This document shows, piece by piece, positions 28,583-40,622 of a stretch of DNA of 64,000 nucleotides. This DNA comes from Adineta vaga. Its lineage: Eukaryota > Animalia > Rotifera. Numbering within the stretch: position 1 is the stretch's first letter; every line of letters begins with the position of its first letter. A model generated the notes under the pieces. It worked only from the letters and a program-made list of their open reading frames with translations. It was not told the origin of the DNA and did no database searches. Location: contig CP075492.1 of assembly GCA_021613535.1 (NCBI GenBank), positions 3,596,001 through 3,660,000 of the forward strand, in the 5' to 3' direction. Made by a program: the position numbers and the translations under genes.

Positions 28583-29787
28583 ATTCTTCAGTTTCATCTA
28601 AACAACATTCATCTATTTCAACTAATAATAAAACATCAACAAAATCAAAACATAGTAAATATTTATTTTCTTTTTTAATTAGAAATTGAAATTTTAATTT
28701 TCTATAAAATATTAAATCAGATTTCAAAATGTTTTATTCGAAATTTAATGGAAATTATAAATTATTTTATTTCATTGAAAATTCTTTGAAACGAAACTAA
28801 AATTTAATTCAACAAAGAAATTTATTTTTATCAACAAAAACAAATTTCATTTTATTTTCCATAAATCATTTGTCTTTTCTTTGTTTAGAAACAAAATTTC
28901 AACAAAAAGGAAAAATTGTTGCGGGAGGAAATGGAGATGGAAGTCAATTAAATCAACTCAACAGGCCTTTTGGAATCTTTGTTGATGAAAACAAAACCAT
29001 TTTCATTGCTGATTATTCGAATCATCGTATTGTTGAATGGAAATGTGATGAAAAACAAGGACAAATCATTGCAGGTGGAAATGGACAAGGAAAGAGAATA
29101 GATCAATTGAGTTGGCCAACAGATGTGATTGTTGATCAACAAAATCATTCAATCATCATTGCTGATCAAGGGAACAAACGAGTGATGCAATGGTCACGAG
29201 ATCAACAAAAACAAATTCTCATTCAAAATATTTCTTGTTTTGGTTTAACAATGGATCAACATGGATTTATTTATGTTTCTGATTGTGTGAAGAATGAAGT
29301 GAGAAAATGGAAGTTAGAAAAGATTAACGAAAACAAAGAAGGAATATTAGTTGCAGGTGGAAATGGAAAAGGAAATCAAAGAAATCAATTCAACTATCCT
29401 ACTCACATCTTTGTTGATAAAGATCAATCTCTTTATGTTTCAGATGAAGACAATCATCGTGTGATGAAATGGAGAAAAGATGCGAAGAAAGGAATTGTTG
29501 TGGCTGGAGGAAATGGTGAAGGAAACAATCTCAATCAATTGTATTCTCCTGGAGGATTGTTTGTTGATGAATGGAATCAAATCTATGTAGCAGATTGTAG
29601 AAATCATCGAATAATGCGATGGTGTGAAGGAGATGAAGAAGGGGATATTGTTGTTGGTGGAAATGGTGAAGGAAGTGAATCAAATCAATTGAATAGTCCC
29701 GTTGGTTTATCATTTGATTTTGAAGAAAATCTTTATGTTTCAGATTATGCAAATGTTCGAATCGTTCGATTTGATAAAATTCATTGA
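28583..29787 (+). CDS. Ser/Thr linker exon (28583-28654, phase 1-1) plus intact NHL exon copy D (28889-29787); 5' partner probably the decayed ART
   Basis: 72-nt exon reading SSVSSKQHSSISTNNKTSTKSKH, bounded by ag/gt; tttag|AAACAAAATTTC acceptor; open NHL frame to TGA. Confidence 0.75.
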
Positions 29788-32354
29788 AATGAACTTTGAA
29801 TTTCAACCGAAAAGATTTTTGTTAAATTTAATTTGAATTAGGCGGAAGAAATGTTTTGATTTGATGAAAATGTTTGATTTAACAAAGATTTTCTTTTATT
29901 TTTTGTGTTTTCGATAATTTTGTTTCTATCAAAGTGATTTCAAAGTGTTTTCACCGAGAAATAAAATAAAATTGATTCTCGATGATTTTGAAAAATTCGA
30001 TGTAATTTCGTTGAAATTCAACGAACTTTGAGAATGAAAACGAAGAAAAAATATTGAAATAGGATGGAAAAGATATTCGAATTTTGATAAGTTCGATTTT
30101 ATTGTAAATAATGAAACGATCGAACATATTCAAGGTAATATTTCAATAATTGATCAACGAAATGAAACAACCTGTGAATCGTTTAAAAAAATGAATGAAG
30201 TTTTGGAGAAATTTGACACGGAAAAAAGAAGTGAAGATGTTTTTCATTGTTATAACAATGAAAGTTTTATCTATTTTTATGAGAAGAATTGAGATAAAGA
30301 GAATATTTTCTATTCTGTGATGTTGAACAGTGTGGAATTAGTTTCAGAATTCCTCTATGGAATCACATTCTCTTTCCTCACCCCCATTACTTATTGTATT
30401 GTTATAACAGATCAATCAGTTTGAGCGCAATCCAATCCCACTAAGAAATTAAGAGAATTAGTTGAAACTGATTTCACGATGTTCAAAATCTCGTAATAGA
30501 CTGATTGCTCTGTAATATGTTGAATTTAAAAAGTAACAAAATCAAACTAAAGATATCAGAAAAGTTTTCCCAAGAATTAAATTTTAATATTATAACTATA
30601 AAATAGTTCGAATTGATAAGTAATTAATCTTTGAGTGGTCAAGATACCAATTTCTGATCTTTTACCTTGAAATCGATATTTTCTTTTAGAATAATTTCAC
30701 CATAAAACGAGCGATAAAATCAAGAAATATTCGATGAATTTCCATTAAAATTCGAAATATTTTCAAAATTCTCGTTAAATCTTCATTTCTCTTATCAGTA
30801 CAAAATGATATTTGATTTCTGAAACATCAGTCAAATCGAATTTACACGAATACGAAAGCATCGCTTTTGCATTAAAAATCAACAAAAATATAAACTCACT
30901 TTTTAAATTCATAAAATCTTCTTTTTCTCAATATTTCCAAAGAGATATTAATGAATTTATATGTTGATAAAAGAATAAAATTTGAGATAAAAATGTTGAA
31001 TATTTATTTCTTCAATTAGAATCAACAAATATTCGATCAAATAAATCTCAAATCTTTTATAAAATGATTTTCCTAATCAATCAATGTGAAATTTAACAAA
31101 ACTCGAGTCTTTTTCAATCTCATATACAATTCTTTTCGACTATATCTTCAATTGACGAAATATAAATATTGTCCATGAGAAATCTTTAAAACAAAGATTA
31201 ACTTTCTTTTGATCTATTCAATTATTCAGATATCTCAATTGAAATTTATGGAAATGGTACCATGTCATTAATGTTGTTCAAGAAATGAAAGTAGAACTTT
31301 TGAACAACATATCGAATTTGAGTAACCGTAGAATTATTTAGTTAATGAACTAAAATTTATACAAATCGATAGATGATTATACATCTCATCTTTATTTCGT
31401 TCTATATTTAGACATTAACTTATTTGAATATGTTAAAAGAAATGAAATTTAAATTGATGAAGTACGATAAAATAAAGAAAAGACTTTTTTTGCTCTCGAA
31501 CAGCAATGTTTTCTTCGGTATAAAGACATTTAAGAAGTTACATTTTGGAGAATAATCGAATGAGGGACGATGAAAAATACTATTTGGATTGTGATTTATT
31601 AGAGAATACAGTTTTTCTATGATAATCTACAAACATTGGCTATGTATTGTGTATCAATGATTGTGAAAATTTAATTAAAATTGAAAAGGTTTTGATGATT
31701 ATAGAATATGAAATGACAAGAAGAGAATAAATATTTATTTTCATATCTTTCTATGTTGAATCGAAGTCATAGAACATATCATAATGCATAGATTCGACTA
31801 TTAGAAGATGTTCTACAATGCACTACCGTAAGATTAACTTGATATATTCTTATCGTGTTATGTTACATAAACAAATAGTAAATGTGTACATGAAATAATT
31901 TATATTAAATGTCAAAATGTATCAACGATAATTATGATATAATTGAATATAAAGTTTTTTTTAGAAAATAAATTTCTGTTGAATATCTTCAAGTCATAAA
32001 TCATTACGTGTTCGAATATAAAACTCATTTAAAAAATACCGACTGAAAAAAAAACTAATGACCACGTTGTTTATTTTTAATTAATTATTTCCTTTAATAA
32101 TAAATAGGTGAATATTCTTATGAATTCGACTCACTTCAATGATTTCCTTTCGTTTGTTATATTAAAAGAAAAACAAAATAAATTTCTTTTATTCTTTCGA
32201 AATTATCGAAAAGAAAACAATAATGTCAACATTTCTTTTCTTTCTCTCATCCCATTCATAATATATTTCATCCTTTCATTATATAAAATCACAATTTTAT
32301 TTCGATGGTATTTCCAGTCATCAATTACACATCAGTTATTGTTTATTATTGTTC

Positions 32355-32540
32355 AATACGTAATCTTGTTGTTGCAACATGTATGATAAGTGCAATAACA
32401 ATATTATATTTAGCTATCGTTGATCAATACTTTGTTACTTGTTCTCGTTCATGATGGTAACAATGATCAAATATTCGAATAACTCATCGTCTTCCAATAA
32501 TCATTTCTATTCTCTTGACTTCACATGTCATATCATCTTT
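32355..32540 (+). pseudogene. Fragment of a rhodopsin-like GPCR (TM3-ICL2 region)
   Basis: Reads ...YLAIVDQYFVTCSRS*W*Q*SNIRITHRL, a DRY-equivalent TM3 end interrupted by stops. Confidence 0.5.
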
Positions 32541-32607
32541 ATGAATATTCCCTCGACTGTAGGGAGGGTCTTGTGAAAAAAATTGTTTATTTGTAAATTT
32601 GTGTCAG

Positions 32608-32762
32608 AGTTAAAGGTCAAAGGTCAAAGACACATCAGTGAGGGCTAGTTTGAAACTATACCCCCACCCACGGTTTCACTCAACACTCATGTCCCTACTC
32701 GTCCAAGATGATGATTTCAAAATAGCCTTCACTGATGTGTTTTTGACCTTTGACCCTGAACT
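32608..32762. mobile_element. MITE-like element with about 48-bp imperfect terminal inverted repeats
   Basis: agttaaaggtcaaaggtcaaagacacatcagtgagggctagtttgaaa (32608-32655) versus the reverse complement of tttcaaaatagccttcactgatgtgtttttgacctttgaccctgaact (32715-32762). Confidence 0.75.
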
Positions 32763-32894
32763 GGGACCACATCTGAAAATATTGAAGAAGTCGAAAGCAT
32801 TATCAATGATAACCCGTATATTATAATAGAAGAACTAGAAAAACAAACTGATCTCGGACCATCTGGATCTTAGAAAAATCATCGCTCGGTATGT

Positions 32895-33314
32895 ACCCAA
32901 AAAGCAAAGACCTTCGCGTGATGTTCAAGGTATTAAACTTCATCATGATAATGGGCGGCCACATGTTCATAAGGATGTGCTGAATTACTTCGAGTCTGAA
33001 GGTATTACAATAATTCCACATCCACCTAATTCTCCTGATTTATCACCATGTGATTTTTGGTTATTGCACTTAATCAAACAGAATCTGACCGACAAGACAA
33101 CTCAGAATCGTTATGCCGTGCTATGTCCAACTTCATGAACTCTTTAGGCAAAGAAGAATATAAAAAACACTTAATAAATGGGTTCAACGCATGCATTTGT
33201 GTATAGATGACGATGACGATTATTTCGAACATCTGATAAAATAAAAACTTATTATTTAAGCCTGTTAAACGATATTAAACTGTCACTGTCCGAACTTTTG
33301 GTATGCCCTAAGTA
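32895..33314 (+). mobile_element. 3' relic of a mariner (Tc1/mariner, DD34D-type) transposon
   Basis: IKLHHDNGRPHVH...IPHPPNSPDLSPCDFWL...KWVQRMHLCI....DYFEHLIK* with frameshifts; putative right end ...ccgaacttttggtatgccctaag followed by TA (33313-33314). Confidence 0.85.
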
Positions 33315-34261
33315 TAAAGAAGATTGTTTTCGTTGCTTTTGAATAAGAGTGATCAATTTCAAAAACGGTCATAATTGTATTCTCGTACTTGAACTTCTTA
33401 TCATCACATGACACGATATTATATCATTATATAGCATTTGTTAGAACATGGCGAGCACTGCAACCTTATATGACAATATTCACCTCTAAATTGCTTTTTA
33501 TCATCATAAGAACTGAGTTTTGTTAGACTTCGAAACATTCTGTATAGCATAGAGTGTGTGAGGGTGTGAAGAGAAAGAAAAGTGAAAAGAATAAAAGAAA
33601 TAATTAAGACGAAAGATGCATTATAGCTAATGGTGATGATATTAAGTGTTATAGAGAATAGAAATAATGGAGAATTTGTGTTTTTTAGAAAAGCACGAAG
33701 TTTGCCTTGTGAATATGTTTACGACTGATTAACCACAACGTGTTGGTAGGTATTGTCGGATAATATGAGTTACTCTGAAATGAAAAAATATAAATTTATC
33801 AATTTTGTAGAGGTTTTCTGAAGCACGTCAAATGACATATAGTGACTCTTGTTTATGAGAGTACAGTTGAGTCTCACTATGTTATACGACAATTATTCCA
33901 AATAATGCTCAAATACTCTCAAAAATATCTTGTTTTTCAGAGCTCTACGGTCATTTGAGCTGAATTGTTTTTTACGGATACATAATCTCAGTTGTGTGGA
34001 GTCTTGCTTCATTAGGTTATGGCTCAGTTAAAAAGGAATTCACTAATGAAGAAAAATATGATTTTTTAAAATTGCACGAGTAAAGACATCTCAGCAAAAG
34101 TGATTCTTGCAAATAGTATCTAGTATCTGCGAAAAAATGTTAGCTCAAACCAACATCTGATATACGAAAAATGAAGGAGATTCTAGATATCTGTCTTGGC
34201 TCTTGTTTGCCATTATCACCGCTACCGAAGTACATGAGAACATTTGTATTTGCAGAACTTT

Positions 34262-37075
34262 TCATTCACTACGTCGAGCTGTGTTCCTCAATGTAAAGTA
34301 CAACTCTAACGATTCAAATATATCACATATATAGGTAAATTTCTTACCATTTCCGACTGCTGAACAGATGCATGTGTTTCCATTTCCACAAATGCCTCTA
34401 CCACGGTGACCACGATTCCGACACCATGCGTCACATGCACAACCACTACCTAGCACCGAAACAAAAGCGAGCGATGGTTTCATCAATGTTTCAGAATCGC
34501 TCGCTTCGTTTACCAATTTGTTCTTTGGTTGCCTTTTTGTCTGTGCAAATACAAGTATGTCCGTTGCCACATACTCCGAAGGGTAAGCCCCGATCACGAC
34601 ACCATTGAGCGTAGCCACAGGTTTTACCTTCCGTAAAATCTAAAGAAAATCGAATTACTTCACTGCTGAAAACTGCCGTCGCAAGATTGAGAATAAGGAA
34701 TGTATCTTACTGTTGTCAACAGATGCGGATGTTGTCGTTTCTACAAATACAGAATACATGTAATTGCTTTTAACATTAGGTGTTGAAACTGTCTCTTTCC
34801 TGCTTTCAATATACGGGTGAAATATATTGGTGTGTCACACAATTTTTAAAGTGAAATCACAACTTAGAGACATCATTCTTTCTTACTTTTATCGGTTGAT
34901 GAACACAAACATGTGTGTCCATCACCACAAACGCCTCCATCATGATGCCCACGCTTTCGACACCACGCATCACATGTACAACCGCCACCTAGAATCAAAA
35001 AAAGAAAGTGAATGTTTATTCCATGGCGCCTTCAGAACAGTTCGGTTTATTTACCAATTTGTTCTTTAGTTGCCTTTGTGTCTGTGCAAATACAAGTATG
35101 TCCGTTGCCACACACTCCGAAGGGTAAGCCCCGATCACGACACCATTGAGCGCAGCCACAGGTTTTACCTTCCGTAAAAACTAAAGAAAATCGAATTACT
35201 TCACTGCTGAAAACTGCCGTCGAAGGATTGAGAATAAGGAATGTATCTTACTGTTGTCAACAGATGCAGATGTTGTCGTTTCTACAAATACAAAATAATC
35301 ATTCTATAATAAGCTTAGAACCAGAAACAATAGCATGTTTCGTTTGAAGAGGATTTCCTTAGCTAATCTATGTATATTTCGAAGTAGTTTACTCTTTATG
35401 GCAATGCGCAAGATATGATCAAGAAATTCACAAAACTATTGAAATTTAGCTGACTTGAAATACAATATAGATATGGATAATTACAACAAAGATACTGTGT
35501 TTCTTAGTGATAAATTTCTGTATATTTCATAAATATATAATCTGATAAATGTTATAATATGGTTTCATTCTTTCATATTTTGCTCGAAAATCTTCGCAAT
35601 CTATAAGTGCTGAAAATATTATGACCTTTCTTCATCGTCGTAGTTTGTTTGGTGGTTGTAGTCAAAACCCGTGAGTTTTGATAAAGCATACGAATTTGTA
35701 TTTGATCCTAAAACAGACAAATACAACCATTGAATTCTTTTCAGATTAATAGACAGACTAAAAGAATTATGGAGTGAGGACTAGTTCTATTTCATGCTCT
35801 TTCAATTCATATGCAGTCTAAAGTCAAAGATATTGTTTAATTATATTTCAAAGTTAAATATAATGCTCTAATCGATGTCGAATTCTTACAACTTCGATAT
35901 TAAATCGTCGATTTTGATATTTGGAAAAGTCATAGGATCGATAGTATATATTCATCAAATTTGTTCTATGCGTTGAGAATAATCTTTTAAGAAATGTCTC
36001 TACAGGCAAATAGTGACTGGTTCATTGGCGAGTGCTAAAAATTTGGAAAAGTAAGGGTTTCATATGTCAAGAGATGAACGATTACACGATTTCATATACC
36101 CGTACAGACTTTACATATGAGGATAGTGTGTGAAACGAAGATGTACTTTACTTACTGGTGTCGGTAACATTTCCGATGGTTGCAACAGTTGATAAAATGG
36201 ATTCATAAGTGCCTTCGCTTCTTGATTGTTATGATTAAGTCCAAGACTGTGTCCGATTTCATGCGCGGCAACGAGACGAAAATTGATACCCACATCATCA
36301 TACCCTCAAAATCAAGTCGTGAAAAGATTAAAAACATAGTACTGTTTACTGTACTTACGCTTCTGTCCAATGTTCCTCCAGGTCCATCAAATGGAAATCC
36401 ATCTGCGTGATCACCATGCACAAAATCCAAATTGAAATCAGCTTTGGTATTTTCAGTTGCCTCACGGAAGGTTAATCCCGCGTGACTAGCCCAATCGTCA
36501 AATGCCTGTTGAATATATTTACGAGTTTTTTATTTGAGAAAGGGTCAACGATTGCCATTCAATTTCCACATAAGTGCTCGATTTTTTGGCCTTGAATAGA
36601 AAAGTTTTCTCGTAATTAAAATGAGATGACTATCGTCACTACTTCAACGCCATAGAAAGAAAAAAGAAAAGGCGTACCATAGTGCGTTTCTACTCGTAAA
36701 CGCTAGTGGATAATCGGGCAAACTGCATCGCGGCATTCTCATCAGTCTCTCTGTGGCTGCATCAAGTATCTTAGTCACTTTTAGATTAAAGTTGGTTTGA
36801 AAAGATTCAAGCATCGACGCCAAACTCGTCGAACACAATGGACCAGATCCGTTGCTTGGTTTCGAACCAGTAGGTCTGACACATGGATTATAGCCGAATT
36901 GAGTGAGATATTGGTAGACATTGATATTTGTCTTTGCAGCGAGAGTTTTCGTCTGAGAATTTCGCTGAAGTGGTTTTGCCTTCGCCTTGAACTTCGATGT
37001 AGGAAACTTAACTGGTTTGGTACTTAGGACGATGAGTATAAGAGCAGAAAGAGTAAGTAACGAAAAGAACTGCAT
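34262..37075 (-). pseudogene. Matrix metalloproteinase (signal peptide, PRCxxPD pro-domain, HExxHxxGxxH) spliced to a Thr-rich linker and four CS-alpha-beta defensin-like exons; this copy is disabled; terminal exon uncertain
   Basis: PRCSLPD, HADGFPFDGPGG, AAHEIGHSLGLNH, ALMNP; exon 35707-35626 DQIQIRMLY..TTTTKQTTT; exons 35281-35252, 35180-35055, 34988-34887, 34740-34711, 34639-34514 and 34449-34348 are all phase 1-1; in-frame stops at 36545-36547 and 36530-36532; the AHA..HFD segment is missing. Confidence 0.78.
34340..35295. repeat. Tandem duplication (541-bp period) of a three-exon unit: linker + defensin-like A + defensin-like B
   Basis: Near-identical exons and introns at 34514-34750 and 35055-35290. 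Confidence 0.9.
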
Positions 37076-38569
37076 GTTTCTTTTTAAAGCTGGCAATAAT
37101 GCGTAAAAATAGGAATTATTTATTTGTGATTTGAGCAACCTGTTATCTTTTTTCTTATTAAAGTAGAGAGAGAGAGGAAAGAATGAAAAGAGAAAGAAAC
37201 AACAACGAGGATTGAATAGAATGTCATCGATCCTATCAATTGATTAGACTATGAATGATGTACTACGGATTAATTTTCTTCTTTTCATAAGAGAAAGAAA
37301 AATATTGAATATATTTGTGTGCACCAAAGAAAACAACCTTGATTCGAACAAGTATTATGTATTAACAACGACGGGTTTTGTAATGGAAAAACGGTATTAC
37401 AATAGTATAAAAACAACTGTGTAATTATCAATAAAAAAACGAAAAGATTGACTTCAGTTGAAAATAAAACAGAACGTATAGAAGATGAATCGTGTCACAA
37501 GAGATTATGATATTTAAAGTATTTCATCACATTTAATTAAGAAATAAACTCGTCTATAGTCTTATATCAATGAGATACTGATAAGAAAATGTACACTAAT
37601 GTATCTTTTAGTTCTAGGTAGAATTCAGTAAAACTGAAAACAGTTCTAAAAGTTTTTATCAAAGTGAAGAATCTTTTCTTCACATAAATCTGTAAATAAG
37701 ACGGATTCGAATCGTTATACACATGGTATTGATATGTCAAAATATGTATTTGAATGATATTCGGTAGTTGATCTCGTAAGATCATTGACAATGTTATTTC
37801 TAAATATATTCTTCTATCATTTGTAATTGAATATCTTTCTAAAATTCGATTATAATCAAAAGGTGAATGATTTCTTTTAGAATTTATCGATATAATCAAT
37901 ACATCAAGAAAAAAGATCAAATCGTGTTCAACTCTATCCTTGTCTTCTTTCTTGCCACAGTGATCTGTCTGATCAAAATTGGTCATTCGATAAAAAGGAT
38001 GTTTTTATCTGAACATATTTTGATACAATCGAAGACTCTGTTGAAGAATATGAAATGTGCTTAGAACTATTATTAAAACATGAAAATTATCTTTATTTCG
38101 ATTTCCTTGTGAAGTTAAAATAATCGAAATAGATTGTAAATCAAAGTTGTTCATATTTATGGAATCAATGTCATTGAAATATAATCGAGTAAATTCATTC
38201 GTTTCAGATAAACTTTATGGAAAAACTTTCATCTAGACATACTTAATTGTTTTATGTCTTGTATTTATTGATTTTTGCGATGAAGATACACAATTATTAT
38301 TTGATGTACTAAGATAGAATATAGTGAAGATTATCATTTCTTCTTATGAATTTCATTTATTTTGAAAAGATATTGATAATACTCGATCTTTTATCGAATA
38401 AGATTCAAAATCACATTGCAAACCATTTGTATCATTTTATTTCGATATGAATCATTTTAACAATGAAAAGAAATTCATTATCTACTCGAATCTTCTAAAA
38501 CAAAATACAAATCAATCAAAATTTATTGAATTTATTCTATTTGATTTTTATTTAAATATTAATATTAAT

Positions 38570-39500
38570 GAAATTGTTTATTGAAAAATCTTATTAATAG
38601 AATTTTTATGTCATTTATTTTATTTCAATAAGGAAAATATTTATTTTCATACGTTTCTACATAATTCAATAAAGATTTCTTTCATTCATATAGATACGAT
38701 TATTCACTGATACATTGTAAAATAATTCTTAAAGATTAACTTTTTCTATTCCAATAAAAACAGATTCTCATTACATTTAGATCTTTAATAAAATGATATC
38801 AATGATAAAGATACAAACTATTCAAGTGATGTCTGAAAAATTAACAGAATACAATCAATTATTTTTTCGATAATAGTTTTATGAATATTATTCATCATTT
38901 AGACATTTAATCTTCAAAACAGTTATTTATATATCCTCGATATACGATTTAACATACGGTCAAATTGATCATTTAATGATTCCGAAATGAACTCTTTATC
39001 TTATGTGATATATTAACAATCAATAAGGTACAAGAGAAGATTATAGATTAGATAAATATTTGAATAAATCAATACATAGATATTGTTGAACATCAATCAA
39101 CAAACATAACATAATTACTGATAGTGTTAGTCTTACTTTGATTTATCGTTTTTTAAAGAAACTAATAGTATAAGATGAAATATTCATTGATAATTTTATT
39201 TGATTGGATTTAGAAAGAAATAATATCTTTCTCAGAAGTGGCACAACGTTTAACAAAAGTTCTACGTCGAATCACAAGAAATAAACAATATTTCTTTTTC
39301 TATGGATTTGAATTTTAATCTATTGTATAAACAGATAGTTATTGAGTTAAATTTTTCAATGAAATACTATTAGTAATGAGGAAATACAATATTTAATTGG
39401 TATAATTCAAATACTAAATAAATCGAATCTGGAAGATAGGAGAATTGACGGGGTAGATGGAAAACAATTAGCAAATGCAGTACTACAAAATACAGGAAAT
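38570..39500 (+). pseudogene. Highly decayed F-box-like N-terminus plus ribonuclease-inhibitor-type LRR gene
   Basis: Remnants such as LDLERNNI..AQRLTKVL, NTISNEEIQYL and GKQLANAVLQNT with many stops and frameshifts. Confidence 0.4.
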
Positions 39501-40622
39501 GTATCTGAATTCTTTATATTCTTGAAATCTTCTGTAGAATTAAATTGTAATATTTATATAGAAATGAATCATATTAAACCTATGAAAACAAACATTTCTA
39601 ATGTTGAATTTGAAGAGTAACAACATCATTGATGAAGAAGAACAATTTTCTATCAACGATTTTCAAATGAATTTTCATAAGAGACAAAAGAAAAATCTGC
39701 TATGTAATTGTTAATCATATGGAAATTATTTAGTGAAAATTCGTTATGAGTTGAATTGATTTTCAGTGAAATTATAATGAATAAAAGAAATTAATAAAGA
39801 ACACAAAGTATTGTTATTTAAATAATGTTGTTATCCTTTCATTATCACAAATATTTTTAGCGAAAGTTATTTGAAACATTTCTTTTTCATCGAAAATTGA
39901 AAAGAGAAAATTATATAAAGAATCTTAAGTAATGCATCCAACGTTTTAACTGAAAAATGGGCTTGTCAATATATGGAAATATTTAACGTATTCGAGAATT
40001 GATGAAAACAATTCCTGATAAAGATTTAAATCATTCTGAACTTGATTGAAGTACAACACTTCATTCAATATCTTATCATGGAATTCGATTCGTTTCTTCC
40101 ATTTCCATATAGAATGCCAGAGAATCCTCATTTGAGATCGACGCCTTCGTGACTGATTGATGTCTTGTAATTCGAAACTATTTATCATTCACTGTTCTCT
40201 AGCAAAAGAAACTCAAATTTAGTTCATTGATTTTCCAATCGAAGAAAAAATTATTTTTTATTTCTTTTTCTTCCTTGTTCAAAACAAATTTTTATTTCAT
40301 AATCGACTGTTGATTTATTTTATAAATATTCGAAACTTTTTTTCTCGGAAAATTAATGACTTTACAAATCAATTTACAAATTATCCTCGTTTTTTAATCA
40401 AAATTAATTTTTTCATCGCATCTCAAAGTTTTCAATTATTTTTCATCATTTTCACAGAAAATCCTTTGAATTCAAATCAATTTTGGATCATTTTTAACCG
40501 ATACTCGATCAAAACAAACAATTTCAATGATCAAACAAATTCATTTTTCTTTTTCAAAATCAAAATAAAATCAACAAAAGCGATTTTTATCAAATTTTTT
40601 CGCTTGAAGTGCAAAGTTCATT

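Noticed and set aside
35988-36034. Alternative MMP terminal exon (HSPMNQSLFACRDIS*)
   Set aside because: Phase-compatible but a poorer match to the MMP terminal helix than DQIQIRMLY at 35707; not excluded as a short isoform
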